Assembly: GCA_036172245.1 (NCBI GenBank) | Contig: JAYWIR010000063.1 | Span: forward strand, 558,001-595,153 | DNA: 37,153 nucleotides | Reading direction: 5' to 3' | Source: Raillietiella orientalis | Lineage: Eukaryota | Shown here: positions 24,414 to 33,560 of the stretch, one piece after another | How positions within the stretch are numbered: position 1 is the first letter of the stretch | Layout: each line of letters begins with the position of its first letter | Program-made: the position numbers and the translations under genes | The notes under the pieces: model-generated | Databases searched by the model: none | What the model was told of the DNA's origin: nothing | Seen by the model: the letters and a program-made list of their open reading frames with translations, nothing else

Positions 24414-25704
24414 CGAACCCTCGCCATCGCAGCGAAGATGTGGAGCACCGCTTGGTGCATTCCGGCCCGCCTTCTGGCCAGGCGTGTGTTTCGCTGCGAA
24501 GGACTCGCATCGTTTCGTCTGTGCCCTGGCCGGAAGATTCGAAGATGCGGTTCACTGCTCGGCCGCATGGCAACCCTGGCAAAGGAGAACGACTGGATGG
24601 TTTGTGGCCCCACCAATTCCTCCGCTTGGCTAAAGAAGACTGCTCGCACCTGGGCCAAGCAGAACCAGAGGTGCGAAGACCGGATGAACTACCTGCGAGT
24701 CGGCCTTTACGCCCGCTGAACTCTGCGTGAAATTCTTGAATTTGCACCGAGTTGCACGTGGACGGAAGGCACACCCCTTGTTACGGCGATGCCCTTCCTC
24801 CAAAGTGCGCTTCTCGAAAGCCGGAAGCCAAGGTGGCGAGTCTGCTGCCGTATCGCAGGCAGAGAGAAGATGATGAGCGGCTGGACCATGGGAGAGATGA
24901 CAGAAGCAACGACCCCTAGTCTCCAGCCGCGTGGATTAAGAAGATGGGGCGAGCTGCTCGGCATTCGATTGGATGACCTGAAGTGGCCCCCGGTTCTACT
25001 TGGATCCAGGATTCTTCCCCTGAAGTGGCCAGAATCGGCGCTTCTGTGGCTGCATTCGGGTTTACCCTACAACGCGCGCCGCTTCCACTGGACGCGGGGA
25101 AGAGTAAATCCTGCGTGTGCCAGGTGTGGGGAGCGAGAGTCGCTCCCCAACCTCTTAGTTCAATGCCCTGCCGTCCGGATTCTTCAGGATCGTCTTAAAA
25201 CGGCACTTGGGATACCGGATGGTGGCAATGTTGAATGTGTCTTCAGTCTTGTCTTCGTGCGGGACGCCCTCAGTCCAGCCGCAGCCCTGGCAGCACTTTG
25301 CTGCATTCGTGGTATCGTGGCGGCCTGGAGTGATGCCGAAGATGAAGACTGCATCGTGAGGGACGTCATCTAGTATGCTTCTTGCTTCCTGCAGAGAGCT
25401 ACCCGATGGCTCCATCTAGGAAAACTGAAAATGGAACTAGAAGGCATCCTGCAAAGGATGGGCGCTCCCAGCTGTTTTCTGTGATCCCTTACCGGCCCTT
25501 CAAACTCCTTTTGTTGTTTGTTTTTCTCTTTTATTTTATTTTTGTTTTCTCCCCCATCCCCCTCCACTGCCGAGGAGAGCCACACCGGGCTGCGTCCCGG
25601 TGTCCCGGCAGTTCCGGTATTGCGTGGCCGTCACTGGGGCCTTGTACCACGTTCTGTATTGACTGTTGAAATGTTTTTAATAAACGTCCCGGCGTATCCG
25701 GGTG
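24414..25704 (+). pseudogene. Segment J: LINE ORF2 C-terminal region + 3'UTR (fourth family)
   Basis: 'WSTAWCIPAR', 'LPLKW', 'CARCGERESLPNLLVQC', 'LCCIRGIV', 'GILQRM'; stops at 24719 and 25373. Confidence 0.92.
25679..25704 (+). other. LINE 3'-terminal motif copy 5: AATAAA-CGTCCCGG-CGTAT-CCGGGTG
   Basis: Read directly from the sequence. Confidence 0.9.
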
Positions 25705-27080
25705 GCATCGCCGAAACCTGGAGGAAGTTGATGGAGGGGAAACTGGTCACAGAACTCTCGGACTGAGCGTTTTATTTTGTCCCAGTCAGCGAGAGTCTGC
25801 AGTTCGCAACTACGCAGGAATGCGCGCAAATGTTCGCGCGCTCCTGCGAGTCGCAACCAGTCCCCCGGCAGGCGCCACGCTTCGGAGGGTGGACCTCTGT
25901 CCCGCGGATGGATGTTGAGCACTAGCCGAGGGTGATCGGACAGCTCCGACGCAAGTGCTCCTCGTGTCCCCACCCGCGTACACAAGTGGTTATCCAGGAA
26001 CACGTGGTCTATTCTGCTTCTTACCCCGGATTCATCGGCCAACAAGTTGCGTGTGTGCATAGCCGCACACAACTCGTTGACGAATTGTGCTCTTATGTCG
26101 GGCGCTTCCGACAGCAGGCGGACGTTGAAGTCTCATGCTATCAGATGCGCCCGCCGCACGCCTGCTTCAGCCAGCCAGTCTTGCCGCAGGGCTTCGAAGA
26201 ACGCAGTGCGTTCTCCGCGCCTGTGGCTGGTGCATGGCGCGTACACGTTCGTAACTACGAGGTCGATCGATTCGGACCACTTGAGGACAAGTTGCCCAAC
26301 TCGACCTTCCTCGTCGAAGTGTGCACTGCGCACCGCATTAGCGACGGCCGGCTTCAGCAGAAAGGCCACTCCGCGGGAGTGGTCTCCTCCACAACGCCAT
26401 AGTAGCCTCCCCCCTGTGAGCCTCTCGATTTCCTGGACGTCCTCTCCTCTCAGGGCATGCACCTCTTGGAGAAGTGCCAGGTCGAAAGCTCGCAGGGTGT
26501 CAACCACGCTACGCCTCTTGCTTTCGCTACGCAGCCCGTTGACATTCCAACAGGCTATACGTAGCTGCCGGCAAGAGGCGATTCCACGCATCATGCTAAT
26601 GATGGTGGTGGCGATTGTGTAGCCGCCTCCTGTTCGGGAGGCGGCTGGTCGATGTCCACCTGTATAGGCTGTGTTCCGAAGACGACCGGAACGTCGGCAG
26701 CCGGACTGAGATCGATGGGAATGTCGCTCCGTACACTCTCCAAGGAAGGATCCCGCGACCTCGCGGACATCGCCTCCTCGCTACCCGAGCGCATCCCCTC
26801 CTCATCAGCCCGAGGGGGAGCGACGCGCATAGGGTTGCGAGACTTCCGGCCCGCCTTCCTCTTCGGGAGGGCGACGGTGGGAGTGTTTCCTGCTTCCGCC
26901 TCGGACTCGGAAGTTTCCGGGCCCTTGACTTCCGCCGGACGTCTTATGACCTTCTTTGCAGCCTTAGGCGGCTGCATTAAGGTGGCCGCGAGTTCCTCCG
27001 CCGCCTTTGCGAAATTTTTCTCGTCGCTGGTGCTTGCGTTCTTGCCGCAGATTTCCTGCGGAGGTTCCGCGGCGTTAGCG
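25705..27080 (-). pseudogene. Segment K: ORF1 C-terminus (stop 26591) + ORF2 APE domain (ATG 26594), truncated at both ends
   Basis: 'AAEELAATL'; 'CWNVNG..LLQEVH..NVYAP..IA*DFN..IDHVF..SDH'; ORF1 stop and ORF2 start overlap as ATGA. Confidence 0.93.
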
Positions 27081-28278
27081 TTTTCACCCGGATATTCCGG
27101 GGCATTTATTTCGAAAAACAAAAATACATTAATTTTTCGAGTGGAGAACCCGGAGGTGCACCACGCCAAAACAGCTTACTGGCTCCCGGCTCTATGCCGG
27201 AGAGGTCCGTCCGATGCGCGGGGGTTGGGACAGAAAAAACAAAACAAACAAAAAGTTAAAACACGGGAGGGGATAAATGTTTTAGGGATGGGAGGGCAGG
27301 GAAGGGATCACTTTGCGCCCGGATAGGTCCTCTAGATCCTATTCAGGATCCGGACAAGCTGAGTCCGCTGTGCGCCTAAGTGGCGCCACTTGCATACAGC
27401 TCGCACGAATAGGCGAGTCCATCGTAAGGCGTTGTCAGTTGGCTGACGTCTTCTGGTGGCGTTCCAAGCCGTCACGATCCCTCGAATGCAGCAGAGGATT
27501 GCTACAGAAGCGGGGGGGGACAAGGCGTTACTACAGAAGAGGCGCCTGAAAACGTCCTTGGGGCCGCATCCGCGCAAGTCCAGGATCGCCGTAAGGCGAT
27601 CCCATAAAGGACGGATGGCACTGCACTCAATGAGAAGGTGGAGGAAGGTCTCCTTTTCCCCGCACCAGTCGCACTGGGGATCCACAGCCTCCCGGGTGGT
27701 GTGATACAGGCGTGCTTTAAAGGGTAAACCCCAATGCATTACAAGCAACGCCACCTCCTGCCATTTAAGGGGGAGAGATCCACTGTTCCAGGACGCTGGG
27801 GGCCACTTCATCTCCTCCGGAGATAGTCCGAGTAGCTCGCTCCAGCGTCGAATTTCGTTGGGCATGACACTCGGCGTCGCAGCGTCCGCTAGCTGCCGAG
27901 ATGTCCACGGCTTTATCGGTTGTGTCCCTCCGATTACGGTGCAGGACACGGTCCATTTCCCCAGCTCCCTACTGTCCCTGGCACTGATGAGAAAGGGCAA
28001 CACTGGGGCAAGGGGGGTTATCAAAGCCCACATAAGCTTGTCGTGGGACTGCACGATCTCCTGGAGCGCCCAGCGGGCACGCCTTTTCAGGCAAGTGTTC
28101 TTTGTGCCCGCCGGTACGTAGATCTTTTCCCAGGTGGAGACTGACTCGTGCAACCATGCCGAGTAGTTCTCTGGGAGGCAGGAGATCCAGGTGTTCTCCC
28201 GTACCACAACGGCCATGCGTCGCAGGTGAGAGCCACAATGTGCTCTTCTGCCGACGCGCACAGACAGAAACGACAAAA
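27081..28278 (-). pseudogene. Segment L: LINE ORF2 C-terminal 314 codons (stop 27332) + 3'UTR; same family as E
   Basis: Colinear with 9754-10952; 'CDWCGEKETFLHLLIEC'. Confidence 0.93.
27085..27110 (-). other. LINE 3'-terminal motif copy 6: AATAAA-TGCCCCGG-AATAT-CCGGGTG
   Basis: Read directly from the sequence. Confidence 0.9.
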
Positions 28279-28548
28279 GCCTTCCTCGTCGGCATTTGGC
28301 TCAGAAGTCTCCTTTTGAGGCTCCTGTCCCGTTTGCACGACTTCTTCTGAAGTCGGCTGTTGATCGCTGCTTTTTTTGCTTTCTGCCTTCTTCCCCTCAT
28401 TTGTCGAAGGGGCTAAAGGCGTTGTCGCGGCATTTTTCGGTCACACAGCACTAGTGTGGCCCTTCGCGCTACAGGTTGGGCATGTGGCATCCGGGCATCT
28501 CTTTTTCAGATGCCTAAATGTGTTGCACAGCTCACAGTACTTTTCTTT
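28279..28548 (-). pseudogene. Segment M: short LINE ORF1 zinc-knuckle fragment (not in the ORF track)
   Basis: Manual translation 'KEKYCELCNTFRHLKKRCPDATCPTCSAKGHTSAV*PK...NADEEG'; homologous to F and I. Confidence 0.85.
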
Positions 28549-28556
28549 CATGAGGA
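28549..28556 (+). repeat. CATGAGGA, right copy of the candidate TSD
   Basis: Begins where the ORF1 homology of M appears to stop. Confidence 0.5.
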
Positions 28557-30924
28557 GACACTAAAAGTGCGCTGGTGATTCGTTGTGGGTACACGAAACA
28601 GCCAAAGCACAGGGATACTGTCTTTATGAGGCGAGGCAACTTCAACCGCGTACCTTCAAGCAAGATCCACTTCCTTAAACTAACTGTCTCTCGGAACATC
28701 TTCTGGTTTTGTTGCTCGACCCCTTTTATTTCTTTGTAGGTTCCTCATCGAAATAGATCAGTAAACTCTGTGTCAACTGATAAGCAATCTTGGAGGATTT
28801 GTAAGGTTCAGGATCCGCGTGAAAGAGTCCGCAATTGCGCCTCCCATTGCTGCTTGAGGTATACTCACGTCGGAAAGATTCGGACTGCAAGCGCTGATCC
28901 AAAACCTGTATCAAGCTCTTAACATTCTCGATTCGCACGCCTGCAGGCATTTTAATACGGTGATGCGTCGGCAGCGAAATTACGCTGTCGTTGCTAAGAG
29001 GTACTCACTAGAAAATGAGGAACTACTGGAAGCAGCTTCTAACGTTAAGCATTCTCCTCTCAAGTTGATGCACAGTCGTGAATCTTCTCCGAACTGAGGA
29101 AACCAGTGTTTGACGGTAGAAGGCAGTTGGCTACTACAATTCGTTGTGGGGATTGACTCCTGAAGACCTTTTTCTTCTACGAATTTGGTACCATGTGCTA
29201 AGGTACTAGCAGTTCAAGAGGTGAAGGTTGACAGTTAACAGGTAACTGAGCATGGATCTGAGCATTCCCACCGCTGGACTGCCTGTATATAGGACAAGAA
29301 GTAACAGTGTCCCACGAGCTGAGTGGAAGATGTCCTGCATCATGACGTGCAGGAGAAAACCAATTGGAGTCTACGAGAAGAGAGCAATTCAGTGCCCTAG
29401 CAGCTAAAACTTCCTTCATTGGACCGCCACGGTGAGGCGACATCTAGGGTGTTAGTTCTGTGGAGCTTCTGGTCCTTTTTTGTTGTTTGGGCGCCTCGAT
29501 GCTCTTTTCCTCATGGAAGCCTGCATTAGTGATTTTGATTCCCTTTGCATCCCGGTACAACAAACAACGGTATCCAGTCCCAGGAGAGGTTGCCTTTCTG
29601 GAATCTGCAAGGTACGATTCAAAGAAGTACATCTCTCACCTGCCCATGAATTGCGGTACACAACATAAACCGTTACGTTCACGGCAACATTTCCATGAGA
29701 GATGATTTTCGGATAACGAAAGCGTGGTCTCGTGGAAATGGAGAGGGAACACTATACAATGCAATACCGAAATACAGCTTGTCAAAGTGAGACAATAAAT
29801 GGCAGTCACCTGCATCCGGTATTCAAGTAGCATGTACGCATGTGTGCATGCATCTCACGTAATAAGCATAAACTCACCCCATCTTGACGATCTGGATTAT
29901 ACTTCCCTTCTGGTAGAAATCGAGAGAAGCACCGAGAATCCGCGAAAGACAGGGAAAAAGCCACAATCGCGTGGGGTTCCCCGAATCATTCCAAGAATGG
30001 CATTGTATGAAAATAACATTGAGTGCGATGTGTTGCGGAGATGGAATGCACCATGGAGCCTTTACCCGGCCGAAGTTATGGCAACTATTGGTGGCATCCG
30101 TGCCACCATCGGGGCTCGATTAATGCCGAAAATTACCAGTCGGTGAATGGGAAACACTAGAAGGGGTACACCAAGACTACTGCAAAGTGATCTGATTACG
30201 AAATGGGGGCCACGGAGGAAATCTATCGCATCCGGGTTGCTGGTTCGAGGCCAATTGCAAAGAAAGACTCTGTGATCGTTTTCCATTCTACATCTTTGTT
30301 TCTATTGCTCCGATTCCACATTCCTATTTGCTTCGTAAGTTTTCCATGTTTTCTTTTGGGTTCAGTTGCACGCAGAATGATTAGAAGGATTCTCAGCTCT
30401 TCTCACCCGATTTATACAGTTTTCTTGTCATTTGTTCGCTTCATTGTTTGGAAATCTTGTTGACAAGGGTTGAGTGTGGATGCATCTTGCTAACCATTGC
30501 GGTGCTCTAACCGTCGTTTGAAAAGTGGAGAATCAACTGGTTTATTTTAAATAAAGTATCGCGAACAAATGACGAAAAATTGGTTGCTGTTATTGTTTTA
30601 GTGGGGGTCTCTCCATACGGTTTTCAGAAGAAGCTGCATCTCTTGCATAATATTTAAATCATTTGTTTTTTCTTGCAGGCTTCCATTCCTCTTAGATTTT
30701 TAGCATAAAGCAGAGAGGAATTATGAGCGCGTTCAAAAGAAGACGGAAACGAAGGTACAGGGGCTCGAAAATGTCCCTGGTGCTGCCTTCTGCAATGTCT
30801 AGGGTGATTGACAGACGATCGCACATGATACGCAGGGCGGCACACTTCAACACATTACTTCAATTCGCTTTCACGCCGAAACCTTGCAAGGAAAACGATT
30901 ATTGTGGAAGGAAATCCTGGAGAA

Positions 30925-33560
30925 TGTTTTCCCCAGGTTTTCCTTTCACAATAATCGTGGTGTTGGAGCAACTCCGATGTGGACACATAGGTAATTCACT
31001 CGATCCACCGTGCGGAATCCTTCTTTCGTGAGTGCGCAGAGATCCAGTTCTCCGATTGGCAAAAGCTGGTTCTTCTCGGCGTTGATCTTTAAGCTTAATC
31101 CTTTATTTATAAGCACCAACACATGCAGAGAACCTCGCTGATCTCCCTCCCATTTTAAGAAGAAGACAAGATCGCTTGCATAAGCCAGATGGATGAGTCT
31201 GTGGCTGTTCACGTTGAAACCTTGAAGGTATCCAAATCTCTCGATGAACAACGAGAGGGCTTCCATGTAGATGACAAACACGCTCGGACTTGAAGCATCG
31301 CTCTGGCGGACTCTGCGTTCCATCCGGAAAGCTGTTGTCGTTTCACCGTTAATATTGATGCGGAAGTTTTGTTCTTCAAGTACCGTCTTCACAAAGTTGG
31401 CGAAGTATTCCGGGAGACCCAGTCTTCCTAGAATCTTCAGCAGCATACCGAGGTCCACCGTATCCAAAGCCGTCTACATGTCAGTGAATCCCAGTAACAA
31501 GTTATCACAGATTCTCAGCTGAGTCCAATGGTAGCTTGGGCGCACTTCACATGTTCCGACATGTGGCGTCCAGGCAAGGCACATGTCTGGACCGGAAGAT
31601 CAGTTTCGGCATGACCTTGCTTAAGCGGTTGGCTCAGATCTTCTCCAACCACTTTGCGTCGGGGTTGAGGATAGATATTGGCCTCCATTGGTGACCTACG
31701 TCAGCTCACCTTCTTTTGGCAGCAATCGCATCCTACTCCAGTGAAAGCATTGCGGTAGTCGTCCTTCGTCCTTGGTGCGTAGCGTCAGCAGGTGGAACAA
31801 ACGCTCGTAGGGATGCTGGCACCGTTGATAGTGTGCGATGGGAACACTATCAGGGCACGCTACCACATCCTTGCGAAGGTCCTGAAACGCAGCTTTCACT
31901 TCTTAGGAGAATTTTTCATGGATGATCCTTCGATTGCTTTCGTCGACACTTGTCTCCAGATGTTTCAAGAAACTATTTTCATATGAATTGCACAGAAGTC
32001 TGAGTCGTAAGTGTTCCACATAGTGTCTTTGGATGGTTTTAATGATATCCTCGAACGTGTGTTTGGCGCGACCATCGTACTAGATGCAGAAGATATCTGT
32101 TGCCAGATCCCGCTTCTCTAGAACGCCGACTTCTACCTTGAAGTTTTGGAAGACGTACAGAATCTCGAACTGTATCCAATACGTCAAGAGGGAGAGGTCT
32201 TGGATGTTCAGCTACCGATCCGGTTACCGCCTTAATCTCTTATCACCGAACTGTATGCTGCAGAAAAGGTGGACTCGGTGTTTCAAGCTATCCCAGTCGG
32301 CGAATCTACTGATAATGGTCGTCTGCTGTATGGCCTCTATTAGCTCATGGTAGTAGGGTAGCGTGTCGAAGCAGGCGGGCATGCAGATGAGCGCCTACAT
32401 GAGTGCCTGCTTTTGCCGAGTTTTTGCAGTTCTCAAGGAAAACCTTATTAACGGGAGCTCCAACACTGAGTGAAGCGTGTCAGGAAACCCAAGAAGCGGT
32501 TCCCTATGTCGGAGCTGCAGAGGATATGGCTGGTTGTTAGCCATAGCAGTCCGAAATCGTCGGACAGGCCGCCGTTACGCCGTACTGCCCCTGATGTCAC
32601 GGAAATAGACGACTTCATCGGGTATGTTGAAGTCCCCAACGATGATGACGATGTCCTCCGGTGCGACCGTTTATCGGAGGGTTTGGTCGAGCGTCTCCGC
32701 GCACCGATGTTTATGTTAATGGGGTTCCTAAACATCCAACAGGAACAGGAGAACGTTTGCGGACCAGGACAAAAGTAAGACTATGACTCTTCCAGGTATG
32801 CGACGGAAGTTTCGAGGTTAGTGGCGGCGAGCTCGTTCTTGTTTGAGATCGCCATCCCCAAGGTATGTTCTGTTCTTTGCTGGTAAGCAGTTTGGCGTTC
32901 AATAGCCTTTACAAGTAAAGGCTCAATTCTTGTCCCATCAGGTGAGTTTCTTGTAGGCACACGATGTCGTATTGAACGATGTTCCGCACTATTCTTCTTC
33001 TTTTTGGTCTTGAGGTCCATTAACATTCTAAGAGGCGATGTGTAGTCTCCTGGAGGTGGACAAAGACGAAACCATCAAGGGAATGTATTTTTTGCGCTTT
33101 CTGAGCTTCTTCTGTCGGGGAGAACGTTGTATTCTCCCTGAGAAAGAAGAAGAGGGCTTCTGGTTTCCGGCATTGCTGTGCGTGCTGCTTTTGTCTGTCT
33201 TGTCGTGTTCTTCCATCGAGCGTTCGGCTGTGGGTACCTGCTTGCGCAGGAAGGTCTCCGAGCTGACCGTCGCGCCTTGGGCCGCCTTAACCTCGAAAAG
33301 CTTGGTCTTCAGCTTTTCGCGTTCGCATGCCTCCACCAAATCACAGATGTCCTGCTGGACCTCGCAGATGCGAGTCAGGATTTGCTGTTGCTGCACTCTG
33401 GTGCACCTACACCACAAGATTCACAACCTTCTGGGTGAACTGCAAGACCTCTTGCGTCGCCAGGTTGGATTCATGAATCTCTACTTTGTCGCCTTCCTCT
33501 GCTTCTCTGTCTGCATTTGAGGCATCAACATCTCCGCCGAAACCTTCTTCCTCACCAAGG
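30925..33560 (-). pseudogene. Segment N: older, heavily decayed LINE of the H family (ORF1 C-terminus, APE, RT)
   Basis: 'RQKKLRK', 'MVSSLSTSRRLHIAS*', 'EGRLPQCF..SRMRLLPK', 'RVRQSDASSPSVFVIYMEALS', catalytic motif decayed to YASD; colinear with ~19830-22455. Confidence 0.92.

Larger units (their letters stand above)
6010..28548. mobile_element. Composite block of 12 contiguous L1/Tx1-like LINE fragments (B-M), mixed families and orientations
   Basis: Every part translates to ORF1/ORF2 or matches LINE UTRs; no intervening non-LINE DNA found. Confidence 0.9.

Noticed and set aside
23027..24658. 543-aa ORF as a real gene
   Set aside because: It runs across the J, I and H junctions; only the central part (segment I) is sense ORF1.
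5045..27110. 26-nt palindromic motif as a CRISPR-like repeat
   Set aside because: Copies are kilobases apart, on both strands, and each is a LINE 3' end; no cas genes.
8750..28290. Splicing as the cause of the D/C and M/L fusions
   Set aside because: Homologous longer copies show TGG (G) or GAG (E) before the breakpoints and no pyrimidine tract, so there is no convincing acceptor.
6010..28548. Block as cargo of an 8-bp-TSD DNA transposon, or as a HeT-A/TART-like telomeric array
   Set aside because: No terminal inverted repeats; orientations are mixed; no telomeric repeats; non-LINE flanks on both sides.
28557..30924. Short ORFs between the block and segment N
   Set aside because: No recognisable homology by eye.
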